Source: Escherichia coli (GTDB taxonomy: Bacteria > Pseudomonadota > Gammaproteobacteria > Enterobacterales > Enterobacteriaceae). Taken from it: a DNA stretch of 64,000 nucleotides. How positions within the stretch are numbered: the first letter of the stretch is position 1; each line of letters opens with the position of its first letter. This document shows positions 12,679 through 21,177 of the stretch, in pieces. The translations under genes and the position numbers were made by a program. The stretch lies in the NCBI RefSeq assembly GCF_003018255.1, contig NZ_CP027440.1; one strand, given 5' to 3'. The notes below the pieces were generated by a model. That model made no database searches. It had not been told where the DNA came from and worked only from the letters and a program-made list of their open reading frames with translations.

Positions 12679-13656
12679 TTATTTGTGTTTGTAAATAATG
12701 TGAAGTTTGTACCCCTGTACCCCGTCGCCGTTGGTCGGGATGGTAAGAGCTTCTTTACCATCGCGCGCAGGGCCGTTAAGGTTGGTTCTGGCGTCTTCGT
12801 TGGTCGCAGGGATGACCAGATTGTTATTATCGAAGCTTGAGTTGACGATACCACCCGAGGTGCCGAGCTGTTGGCTGCTGCCAGAAAGTACCCAACGGAA
12901 GTCATAATTGGCGGTAACGTCAGCATCGGTATCCGCATCAAACTTGCCATTTTTGTTCTCATCCGAGTACAGTTTGGCCACGTAGGTTTTGCCAAGTTCG
13001 ATTGGCGTACTGCCGTTGATAAGGTTGATACTGGTACCATCAACAAAGATGGCGACTTTCAGGTTCTGGTTAACTACCGGCCCTGGCGCAACGTTGTCGC
13101 TGTCGCTTCCGCCGCCGCTGGCAGTGGAAATGTCATAAAGATGCAGCGCAGTCCCGACGTTTGGCGTACCGGTCTGCGTGGTCGGCGTAATTTCAATACC
13201 GATATAACGACCACGGTCGTCATCGGTAAGAGTGTAACTGGTCACCTTCGTTGCCAGCTCTTTCGGATCGCCCCCCTGAGCGTCCTTGTAGCTCATCCAG
13301 CGGATAGTATCGATAGTCTTTGCGTTATCGCCCAATCCCCCAAGATCCACGTCGCCTTCGGTATCACCAATTTCCCAACTTACGGTTAATTTATCACCCG
13401 AGTAAAGACGCTTGTCCGTTTCACTGCCTGTCGGGCGAGCGCCTTTTAGATCAGAAGTCAACGTTACATGGTCGGCATCTGTCGTAGCGCTTCCCCCTTC
13501 CGAATAGAGCCACGGAATGGTTCCCTGGAAAATATTGGTTTCGCCGCTGTCGACCCAGGCGCTTTCTTCCGCCAGCGCCACAGGTGCCACACAATAACCT
13601 GCCAGTGCCAGCGCCAATGCGATCCGGGTCAGACCGCGTCTTTTATCCTGCTTCAT
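12679..13656 (-). CDS. sinI: secreted SinI-family protein (325 aa)
   Basis: ORF with the SD AAGGAGAG upstream and the Sec signal MKQDKRRGLTRIALALALAGYCVAPVALA|EE. It sits between sinH and ratA. Its C-terminal ~130 aa are paralogous to the SinH C-terminus, and its mature N-terminus resembles that of RatA. Confidence 0.85.
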   Translation of the reverse strand: MKQDKRRGLTRIALALALAGYCVAPVALAEESAWVDSGETNIFQGTIPWLYSEGGSATTDADHVTLTSDLKGARPTGSETDKRLYSGDKLTVSWEIGDTEGDVDLGGLGDNAKTIDTIRWMSYKDAQGGDPKELATKVTSYTLTDDDRGRYIGIEITPTTQTGTPNVGTALHLYDISTASGGGSDSDNVAPGPVVNQNLKVAIFVDGTSINLINGSTPIELGKTYVAKLYSDENKNGKFDADTDADVTANYDFRWVLSGSSQQLGTSGGIVNSSFDNNNLVIPATNEDARTNLNGPARDGKEALTIPTNGDGVQGYKLHIIYKHK

Positions 13657-13710
13657 TGATGCTCTCCTTAATGAACCTTCAGCGACTGGCCGACTGGCCT
13701 TACGCCAATC

Positions 13711-15888
13711 TTATTTTTTGGTATACAGCACGCGTAAACCGTATCCCTGCAAGCCATCTCCCGCTTGTGCGCCATAGGTTTGCGCTGCTTCGCGGTTAGT
13801 GGCCGGAATCACAATGTCCTCATTGGAAGAGTTCGCCTGTGCACCCACTTCACCATTGATGCTCTTGCCGGTAAATTCCCACTTGTAGTCGTACTGCGCC
13901 ATCTCTTCGTCAGTCAGTTTTTCGACCTGCTGGAAGACACCGTCTTTATTGCTGTCACGCCACAAAACAAATCGATAAGTGTTGTTGAGCGGCAGCGGTT
14001 CTTTATCTTTACCTATCAGGTTGCTGGGTTTAGCTGCCCCCACACGATAGATAAATGCATTTAGCCCACCAATTTCTGCCCCGAGGAAAGTGACATCCAC
14101 ATAGTTACTGTCGTCGTAGGGCGCAGCTTTTGCTTTCCAGCGATAGGTGCCGGGTAAGGTACTGGAGAGGGTGACAGTGCCCTTTTCTTTATCTTGTTTA
14201 GCGATAAAAACGCAGGGGTTGTCGGTCGAGCAAGGCTTGTTGGTTAACGTCACTCGTTTGTCCTGCGCGTCGTAAAGCCGCGGCGTGAGGTTATCTTCCG
14301 GCAGCGCATCGCCATTGCGGTCGGTGTTATCGCCAAAGCTGTCGGTTACATCGAGATCCATCACCACACCATCAACGCCATCTGCCTGGGCGCTGGCTTC
14401 GTGGCTGTGGTTGTTCTCTTCCGGCACGTTCGCGATGTTATTAACAATCAACTCAATTTTACGGTCCTGCTGAACGGTGATTTCCACCACACCAGAGTTC
14501 TGTCGGTTGCCCTTTTCATCTTCCAGTGCCAGACGTACTCGCCAGGTATTGAGTTTTTCTTGTTCGGCTTTGTCAGAGCTGTACTGCCAGGCGGGCAGCA
14601 CCAGGTTCCAGTGGTTATTGTTACCCTCTGTCAGGGTATTCTCTTTGATAACCGGCATAACCAGCGTGCGGGCAGCATTGTTTTTCGCCTGCCATGACGC
14701 AGCGACAATTTTGTAGTGGTGGTTGATAAGCGCGTTAATGGTCCACTTACATTTTTCCAGCCCGACCGCCGCTTCAGGCGTATCTTTAATGACACACTCG
14801 GGGTGTTCGTTGGTGGCATCCGCTTTTAACCACAGGGTGACATCAAGCGGATCTTTTTCTTTGTATTCCAGAACAATAAAGTTATTACGCTCAACAAAAT
14901 CATGACGACTGCCCATCAACGAGTGAGCCGCTTTCACTTTATCGCTATCCAATTGATCTTTTAGCGGAACGCCGAACTGATAATTAAGAGTGGCATTAAT
15001 GCTGACATCGCTGTTATCTCCGGTCCCCGCTTTATAGTCCGCCCCAACGGTTAGTAATGGCACCGGTTGATAATTCAGTCCAAGTGTTACCGCGTAGGGA
15101 TCTTTCTCCAAATTATCCGTACCAAAAAGGGCAACTTCATCGCCGTAATATTGCTCGAAGACAACTTTGCCCCCCAGTTGCGGATAAGAAGGTAACCAGG
15201 CTTCGGCGCGAATATCCCAGCCGCGCGCAGGACGCTCCTCATAAAAATCGAAATCTTCGGAGTCTTTCCAGTCAGAAAGCGGATGATAATAGTTGCCAGA
15301 GAATTTTAAATAATCAGTCCACGCTTCGCCGCCTAAACCTAAACGGCGATGTCCTCGGGTAAAATCATAATCATAAAATATATTCCCGCCCAATAACCAT
15401 TCATTAAAATTATGTCTTACCCCAAGACCAATATTCCCGATTGTACGATCTTCTTTTCGCTGCGCAGAAAATTGACTGAAATAAACAGTGGTTTGATTAT
15501 CGTACCAGGGAACAAAATAATCGATGGAACTGCCATCCAGATCGCCGCCCTGGCCAATGGAGAGGTTCGAACGGACCTTACCGTAGGGAGAGAGAGTGTC
15601 TTCAATATAAGATTGTGCGGTTGAGGTGATTTGACTTTGCAGATAGCTTCTGGCCTGAGATTCCAGCGCCTCAGGGGTCAAGTTTTCAAACCCTTGCGTG
15701 GCGGAGTTGATGATGTAATCGGCTCCGCGCTCTTTCAGCGATTTACCCTTGTTGGTTTGTTCATCCTGCTGTGCTGCCTGGCTACCTAAATCAGGTAACG
15801 ATTCGTTTTGCTTAACATTTATCTCTGGTGCCGCGAAAGCAGCACCAGAGATAAATGTTAGAATAATACAGCGTTTCCATCGCAGCAT
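13711..15888 (-). CDS. sinH: intimin/invasin-like inverse autotransporter outer-membrane adhesin SinH (725 aa from ATG 15888)
   Basis: The ORF-track entry begins at 15918, but that codon is TTG. The ATG at 15886-15888 has AGGGAAAG upstream and yields the signal peptide MLRWKRCIILTFISGAAFA|AP. Diagnostic inverse-autotransporter beta-domain motifs are present: GWDIRAEAWLPSYPQLGGKVVFEQYYGDEVALFG and MGSRHDFVERNNFIVLEYKEKD. Compare intimin GYDIRAEAYLP...EQYYGD and LGSRYDLVQRNNNIILEY. Confidence 0.88.
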   Translation of the reverse strand: MLRWKRCIILTFISGAAFAAPEINVKQNESLPDLGSQAAQQDEQTNKGKSLKERGADYIINSATQGFENLTPEALESQARSYLQSQITSTAQSYIEDTLSPYGKVRSNLSIGQGGDLDGSSIDYFVPWYDNQTTVYFSQFSAQRKEDRTIGNIGLGVRHNFNEWLLGGNIFYDYDFTRGHRRLGLGGEAWTDYLKFSGNYYHPLSDWKDSEDFDFYEERPARGWDIRAEAWLPSYPQLGGKVVFEQYYGDEVALFGTDNLEKDPYAVTLGLNYQPVPLLTVGADYKAGTGDNSDVSINATLNYQFGVPLKDQLDSDKVKAAHSLMGSRHDFVERNNFIVLEYKEKDPLDVTLWLKADATNEHPECVIKDTPEAAVGLEKCKWTINALINHHYKIVAASWQAKNNAARTLVMPVIKENTLTEGNNNHWNLVLPAWQYSSDKAEQEKLNTWRVRLALEDEKGNRQNSGVVEITVQQDRKIELIVNNIANVPEENNHSHEASAQADGVDGVVMDLDVTDSFGDNTDRNGDALPEDNLTPRLYDAQDKRVTLTNKPCSTDNPCVFIAKQDKEKGTVTLSSTLPGTYRWKAKAAPYDDSNYVDVTFLGAEIGGLNAFIYRVGAAKPSNLIGKDKEPLPLNNTYRFVLWRDSNKDGVFQQVEKLTDEEMAQYDYKWEFTGKSINGEVGAQANSSNEDIVIPATNREAAQTYGAQAGDGLQGYGLRVLYTKK
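14854..15636 (-). other. SinH inverse-autotransporter beta-barrel plus linker region (approx. ORF residues 95-355)
   Basis: The region spans SQITSTAQSYIED... to ...FIVLEYKEKD and carries the intimin/invasin beta-domain motifs listed for sinH. Boundaries were estimated by eye. Confidence 0.6.
15813..15860. repeat. 19-bp perfect inverted repeat with 10-nt spacer inside the sinH signal-peptide codons
   Basis: taacatttatctctggtgc (15813-15831), spacer cgcgaaagca, then gcaccagagataaatgtta (15842-15860). It begins 28 nt downstream of the ATG at 15888 and encodes LTFISGAAFAAPEINV. Confidence 0.9.
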
Positions 15889-15918
15889 GCACTTTCCCTG
15901 TGACAATGATACAGTCAA

Positions 15919-16097
15919 AAATAAGCTTTAATATTGTATCCCTGATTATTCAGAAAGGCATGTCATAAAGAATAAATATACTCTTAATTATTTAAATTAG
16001 TGATTTCACTCAATTACATTAGTTATTCCACTAATAACAGATTGTTTTACCATTCACATATTAAATATAAATGATAAAACAATATATTCACATGATA
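15919..16097 (-). promoter_or_regulatory. AT-rich ~180-bp region upstream of sinH (presumed operon promoter / right island junction)
   Basis: This non-coding stretch between the yfgJ stop and sinH is visibly much more AT-rich than its flanks, with runs such as aataaatata, ttaaatataaatgataaaac and tatttaaattag. One sigma70-like pair on the - strand is TTCTGA-N16-TATTAA. No GATC sites and no simple-sequence tract were seen. Confidence 0.35.
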
Positions 16098-16313
16098 TTA
16101 AGCAATAACAAATTCAACGCGTTTTTTAGATATTAAACCGTGCCCATGTTGGCAGAAATAATCCACAACACCACAAGCTTTTAACACTTGTAACGGCTGA
16201 TGACACTCAGGGCAAAGTGCCTGGACGGTAAAGTCTTTGTCGCAAGTTGCACAGTGGGCAGTCTCGCCATTGCGTTCGAGAGGGATTTTGCAGGTTGGAC
16301 AGTTGAGTGCCAT
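16098..16313 (-). CDS. yfgJ: small double zinc-ribbon protein YfgJ (71 aa)
   Basis: The ORF has cysteine pairs CPTC, CATC and CPEC plus C..H.H. Its C-terminal half QPLQVLKACG.VDYFCQHGHGLISKKRVEF matches my recollection of YfgJ. SD GAGGAG lies upstream. Confidence 0.85.
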   Translation of the reverse strand: MALNCPTCKIPLERNGETAHCATCDKDFTVQALCPECHQPLQVLKACGVVDYFCQHGHGLISKKRVEFVIA

Positions 16314-16375
16314 AAATACTCCTCACGTGTTATTCGGTTTCCCTCTCCGTGTGGAAAGGGAAACCAGATAAGTGA

Positions 16376-17848
16376 TTACTTACTTTTCTTGATATGCTTC
16401 ATCAGGCGCTTACGTTTACGCATCTGGGTTGGCGTCAGGGTGTTACGCTTGTTCGCATACGGGTTTTCCCCTTCTTTGAACTGAATACGAATCGGCGATC
16501 CCATTACGTCCAGCGATTTGCGGAAGTAGTTCATCAAGTAACGCTTGTAGGAATCAGGCAGGTCTTTCACCTGGTTACCGTGAATCACCACAATCGGCGG
16601 GTTATAACCACCAGCGTGGGCATATTTCAGCTTCACACGACGACCGCGTACCAACGGCGGTTGGTGATCTTCAACAGCCATCGTCATGATGCGCGTCAGC
16701 ATAGAGGTCCCCACACGACGGGTGGAGCTGTCATACGCTTCACGTACTGATTCAAACAGATTACCAACACCACTGCCGTGCAAGGCTGAGATAAAATGCA
16801 CACGAGCAAAATCGATAAAGCCCAGACGGAAGTCCAGCGTTTCTTTCACCTGCTCTTTCACTTCCTGGCTCAGGCCATCCCACTTATTCACTACAATGAC
16901 AAGTGAGCGCCCACTATTGAGAATAAAGCCCAGCAACGAGAGATCCTGATCGGAAATACCTTCGCGGGCGTCAATCACCAACATCACCACGTTGGCATCT
17001 TCAATGGCCTGCAACGTTTTGATTACCGAGAATTTCTCTACAGCATCGGTGATTTTGCCGCGTTTACGTACGCCAGCGGTGTCAATGAGCACATACTCAC
17101 GTCCGTCGCGTTCCATTGGAATGTAGATGCTGTCACGCGTCGTGCCAGGCATGTCGTAAACAACAACGCGCTCTTCACCAAGAATACGGTTCGTGAGTGT
17201 AGACTTACCTACGTTCGGACGACCCACAATCGCCAGTTTGATCGGCAGACTTTGCGGGTCGAAGTCATCTTCCTCTTCTTCTTCGCCGTTTTCTTCTGCT
17301 TCAAATTGCGCCCAGTATTCAGCGTCTTCATCCACTTCTTCTTGTGGTGCGAGATCTTCCATCCACGGCAGCAGCACGTGCTCCAGCAGACTTAATACGC
17401 CACGACCGTGAGACGCGGCGATCGGGTAGATTTCCCCTAAACCAAGCGAGTAAAAATCAACTACCGCCTGATCAGGATCCAGCCCGTCAGTTTTGTTTGC
17501 CACCAGGAAGGTTGGCTTTTCGCGGGAGCGCAGATGTTTAGCAATAGCTTCATCCGCAGGCATCAGACCCGCGCGCGCATCGACCATAAACAGCACAACG
17601 TCCGCTTCTTCAATCGCCAGCAGCGACTGTTCCGCCATACGTGTCTCTACACCGTCTTCGGTGCCATCAATCCCGCCAGTATCAATACAAATAAACTCGC
17701 GGCCTTCAATTTCTGCACGACCGTATTTACGGTCACGAGTCAGACCTGGGAAATCCGCAACCAGCGCATCTCGTGTGCGAGTTAGACGGTTAAATAACGT
17801 GGATTTTCCTACGTTAGGGCGCCCGACAAGCGCGACCACAGGTACCAT
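16376..17848 (-). CDS. der: ribosome-associated GTPase Der/EngA (490 aa)
   Basis: ORF-track frame trimmed to the ATG 17846-17848 ([22 protein letters not shown]). There are two tandem GTPase domains, each with GRPNVGKST and a DT(A/G)G motif, and a KH-like C-terminus. Confidence 0.96.
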   Translation of the reverse strand: MVPVVALVGRPNVGKSTLFNRLTRTRDALVADFPGLTRDRKYGRAEIEGREFICIDTGGIDGTEDGVETRMAEQSLLAIEEADVVLFMVDARAGLMPADEAIAKHLRSREKPTFLVANKTDGLDPDQAVVDFYSLGLGEIYPIAASHGRGVLSLLEHVLLPWMEDLAPQEEVDEDAEYWAQFEAEENGEEEEEDDFDPQSLPIKLAIVGRPNVGKSTLTNRILGEERVVVYDMPGTTRDSIYIPMERDGREYVLIDTAGVRKRGKITDAVEKFSVIKTLQAIEDANVVMLVIDAREGISDQDLSLLGFILNSGRSLVIVVNKWDGLSQEVKEQVKETLDFRLGFIDFARVHFISALHGSGVGNLFESVREAYDSSTRRVGTSMLTRIMTMAVEDHQPPLVRGRRVKLKYAHAGGYNPPIVVIHGNQVKDLPDSYKRYLMNYFRKSLDVMGSPIRIQFKEGENPYANKRNTLTPTQMRKRKRLMKHIKKSK

Positions 17849-17907
17849 GTTTAAAGCCTCATTTTTATAAATCATCAGACAACGCACGCTATATTCGTGT
17901 CGTTGTT

Positions 17908-17944
17908 AAAAACAGGAAAACGGCCCCTGTCCAGGAGCCGTTTT
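17908..17944 (-). terminator. rho-independent terminator after bamB
   Basis: On the - strand: aaaacggctcctggacaggggccgtttt, followed by cctgttttt. It lies 22 nt after the bamB stop. Confidence 0.7.
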
Positions 17945-17965
17945 CAAAGTGAACGACAGAGACGA

Positions 17966-19144
17966 TTAACGTGTAATAGAGTACACGGTTCCGTCTTTTG
18001 CCTGGATCAGCAGTTTGCCGTCAGCAGCAACCGGTTCAGTCTGGAAACCGGAACTATCAACTTTTTGCTGGGCAACGAAACGACCATCTTCGACGTTAAT
18101 CCAGTGCAGATAACCTTCGCTGTCACCTACCACCAGGTTGTCATTATACAGCACCGGAGAAGTCAGCAGGCGATGCAGCAGATCGCTTTGTGTCCACAGC
18201 GTAACGCCGCCATCAATGGTCAACGCCATCACCCGGTCATTTTGATCGACCAGATAGATGCGGTTGCCGTCGACGATGAAATCATTCACCGAACCCAGTT
18301 CGCGTTTCCACATAATCTGACCGCTGCGCAGATCAAGCGCCGTCAGGTTACCATTATAGGCCAGCGCGAAAACAACGCCGTTAACAACGACGGGAGTCGT
18401 GTCAACATCGCTCAGACGGTCAATTTCGGTAGAACCGGTCGCCTGGGAAATACGCTGCTGCCAAATCATCTGGCCCTGTTCCATCAGCACTGCGCTGACG
18501 CGACCATTATCGCCACCCACGACGGCCGCACCAAAAGCCGTTGCCGGCGCAGACTCGCCACGCAAAGAGAGCGAAGGCATATCGAGGTTAACTGTCCATT
18601 TGACAGCGCCGTCAGCTTCGTTCAGCGCTTGTAACTGACCGTTACTGGTGTGGATTAACACCAGACCGTCGCTGACCACCGGGCGCGAAAGTGCTTCACC
18701 CGCGACTTTAGTTTGCCATGCCACAGTACCATCGCTGGTATTCAGCGCGTAAACCTGCGCCTTTTCGGTGCCAATGTAGACATGCCCACCAGACACGGTC
18801 ACGCCGCCAGAAAGTAATGCAGGATCTTTAGAGAACCAGCCATCTTTCTCGGCCAGGTTGACAGACCAGATTTCTTTGCCGTCATCCGCATTCAGCGCTT
18901 TTACTAAACCAGCGCGGTCCGCTGCATAGACAACGTTGTCCGCCAGTGCCGGATGAAGATTGGAATAGAAGTTGCCAATGCCGCTACCAACGGAAGTGCT
19001 CCACACAGTAGTCGGCGTAAACTGGTTTTCAACGGTTGGCAATGGGGACATCTTTACCACATCTTCTTCGCTGTTAAACAGCGAACAGCCGCTTAAAAGG
19101 GTAACGGAAAGCAGTCCTGGCAGCAGTAATTTACGCAATTGCAT
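17966..19144 (-). CDS. bamB: outer-membrane protein assembly lipoprotein BamB (392 aa)
   Basis: Lipobox LLSGC within MQLRKLLLPGLLSVTLLSGC. The protein has PQQ-like beta-propeller repeats and matches E. coli BamB in sequence and length. Confidence 0.96.
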   Translation of the reverse strand: MQLRKLLLPGLLSVTLLSGCSLFNSEEDVVKMSPLPTVENQFTPTTVWSTSVGSGIGNFYSNLHPALADNVVYAADRAGLVKALNADDGKEIWSVNLAEKDGWFSKDPALLSGGVTVSGGHVYIGTEKAQVYALNTSDGTVAWQTKVAGEALSRPVVSDGLVLIHTSNGQLQALNEADGAVKWTVNLDMPSLSLRGESAPATAFGAAVVGGDNGRVSAVLMEQGQMIWQQRISQATGSTEIDRLSDVDTTPVVVNGVVFALAYNGNLTALDLRSGQIMWKRELGSVNDFIVDGNRIYLVDQNDRVMALTIDGGVTLWTQSDLLHRLLTSPVLYNDNLVVGDSEGYLHWINVEDGRFVAQQKVDSSGFQTEPVAADGKLLIQAKDGTVYSITR

Positions 19145-19154
19145 CGGGTCCCTC

Positions 19155-19775
19155 TCAGATGGACAAATTATTAATTTTCATCTGCATCATTTCGCTCAGT
19201 GCCGGGGTAACATCGCTTTTCACGCCTGCTTCCCATGCACTACGCGCACCTTGCTTATCACCTTTGCTCAGCAATGCTTCACCACGCAGGTCGGCAACAA
19301 TGGCAGCCCACCCTTCACCTTTGATGGTATCAAGGGTTTTCAGCGCGGCATCAGCCTGCTTGAGCTGAACCTGAACGCGAGCAAGACGCAGATTTATCAC
19401 GGCTTTGAGATTTTCATCGCTCGTGTCTGCCAGCCCCTGTTGTAACTGGGCGGCAGCTTTCTCTAGTTCATTTTTGTCAACAAATTGCTGCGCAAGTTCC
19501 AAAGAAGCCAGCGCACCATAAGTATTTTTATTTTCAGCAGCAAATTTTTCCGCCGCCGGAATGCTATCCGGTTTGCCTTCGCTCACTGCGGTAACCGCAT
19601 TTTGATAGGCAAGAGAAGCGGAGCGTGCAGAATCAACCTGATGGCTGTTCCAGTAGCGCCAGCCAATTAGTGCGCCAACGCCCAAAATCACCCCAACAGC
19701 CAGTGCTTTGCCATTTTCAGCAAAAAAGCGTTTAACCGCTTCTACCTGGTCGTTTTCGTTCTCGTAAATTTCCAC
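19155..19775 (-). CDS. yfgM: ancillary SecYEG-associated TPR-like membrane protein YfgM (206 aa)
   Basis: Full ORF starting MEIYENENDQVEAVKRFFAENGKALAVGVILGVGALIGW, with a single TM segment. It lies between hisS and bamB. Confidence 0.92.
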   Translation of the reverse strand: MEIYENENDQVEAVKRFFAENGKALAVGVILGVGALIGWRYWNSHQVDSARSASLAYQNAVTAVSEGKPDSIPAAEKFAAENKNTYGALASLELAQQFVDKNELEKAAAQLQQGLADTSDENLKAVINLRLARVQVQLKQADAALKTLDTIKGEGWAAIVADLRGEALLSKGDKQGARSAWEAGVKSDVTPALSEMMQMKINNLSI

Positions 19776-19792
19776 GCTGTCCTTCTCCTTCC

Positions 19793-21067
19793 TTAACCCA
19801 GTAACGTGCGCAAATGCGCGGCTACGCTATCCTGCGCAACTGCCGTTTGCTCACCAGAGCGCAAATCCTTCACTACTGCTGTGCCGTTAGCCACTTCAGA
19901 CTCACCCAGCACCACAGCAACGCGGGCACCCCATTTATCAGCACGGGCAAACTGTTTCTTAAAGTTGCCGCCGCCGTGGTTGGTCATCAGTTTCACGCCC
20001 GGTAATTCATCACGCAGACGCTCTGCTAATGCCATAGCCGCAGATTGTGTATCAGCACCTGAAGCCACCAGGTATATATCGACAACAGGATCGGCCTTAA
20101 ATTCCGGATTAACGGCCTGAACTAACAATACAAGACGTTCGAGGCCCATCGCAAAACCGACAGCCGGTGTTGCACGACCACCCAGTTGTTCCACCAGACC
20201 GTCATAACGACCGCCTGCACACACGGTGCCCTGGGAGCCGAGACTGTTAGTCACCCACTCGAAAACGGTACGGTTATAGTAATCCAGACCACGCACCAGA
20301 CGCTGGTTGACGGTGTAAGCGATCCCCGCGCTCTCAAGCAGTTTGCACAGACCGGCAAAATGCTCACGAGATTCCTCGTCCAGATAATCGCCTAATGCCG
20401 GAGCGTCGTTGAGAAGCACCTGCACTTCCGGATTTTTTGAATCGAGTACGCGCAACGGGTTAGTGTACATGCGGCGTTTGCAGTCTTCGTCCAGCTTTTC
20501 TTTATGCTGCTCAAGGAATGCCACCAGCGCATCGCGGTAATTCGCACGAGCTTCCAGCGAACCGATAGAGTTCAGCTCAAGAGTTACGTGCTCGGAAATA
20601 CCCAGCGCGCGCCACCAGCGGGCAGTGAGCATAATCAGTTCGGCGTCGATATCCGGACCTTGCAGACCGAAAACTTCGCAGCCCAACTGATGGAACTGAC
20701 GATAACGCCCTTTCTGCGGACGCTCGTGACGGAACATCGGCCCGATATACCACAGACGCTGTTCCTGATTGTACAGAAGACCATGCTCGATGCCGGCGCG
20801 TACACAGCCCGCCGTCCCTTCAGGGCGCAGAGTCAGGCTGTCGCCATTGCGATCCTCAAAGGTGTACATCTCTTTTTCAACCACGTCGGTGACTTCACCA
20901 ATCGCACGTTTGAATAGCGGGGTCTGCTCTACAATCGGCAAGCGGATTTCACTGTAACCGTAGCTGCCGAGCACGTTTTTCAGTGTGCCTTCAATGCGCT
21001 GCCAGATGGCCGTTTCGCCAGGCAGGTAATCGTTCATGCCGCGAATGGCTTGAATGTTTTTTGCCAC
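19793..21067 (-). CDS. hisS: histidine--tRNA ligase (424 aa)
   Basis: Starts [27 protein letters not shown]. Class II aaRS motifs are present, including the [16 protein letters not shown] motif 2 region. Confidence 0.97.
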   Translation of the reverse strand: MAKNIQAIRGMNDYLPGETAIWQRIEGTLKNVLGSYGYSEIRLPIVEQTPLFKRAIGEVTDVVEKEMYTFEDRNGDSLTLRPEGTAGCVRAGIEHGLLYNQEQRLWYIGPMFRHERPQKGRYRQFHQLGCEVFGLQGPDIDAELIMLTARWWRALGISEHVTLELNSIGSLEARANYRDALVAFLEQHKEKLDEDCKRRMYTNPLRVLDSKNPEVQVLLNDAPALGDYLDEESREHFAGLCKLLESAGIAYTVNQRLVRGLDYYNRTVFEWVTNSLGSQGTVCAGGRYDGLVEQLGGRATPAVGFAMGLERLVLLVQAVNPEFKADPVVDIYLVASGADTQSAAMALAERLRDELPGVKLMTNHGGGNFKKQFARADKWGARVAVVLGESEVANGTAVVKDLRSGEQTAVAQDSVAAHLRTLLG

Positions 21068-21177
21068 GTTTATTCTCTTTCTGAATATAAAAATGAACCC
21101 TCAACGCTTCCCTCAATGTTTCGGGAGCCATGCGGGTTCAATCATACACGGGAAGCGAGGCGCTTCCCATCACGTTA

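Noticed and set aside
12624-13046. 140-aa minus-strand ORF overlapping sinI out of frame, and many 60-145-aa ORFs on both strands inside ratA
   Set aside because: They are nested in the long, motif-rich sinI and ratA frames. They have no independent start signals, and their composition is typical of off-frame translation.
15889-15918. 5' extensions in the ORF track. Affected genes are sinH (to 15918), guaB (2966), der (17887), sseA (32821), sseB (35429), hscA (39334), iscA (40237), iscS (41900), csiE (45577), hcaR (49152), yphA (53437), yphC (56058) and yphG (63102)
   Set aside because: The conserved N-termini begin at internal ATGs with better SD spacing. The sinH extension starts at a TTG codon and would bury the signal peptide.
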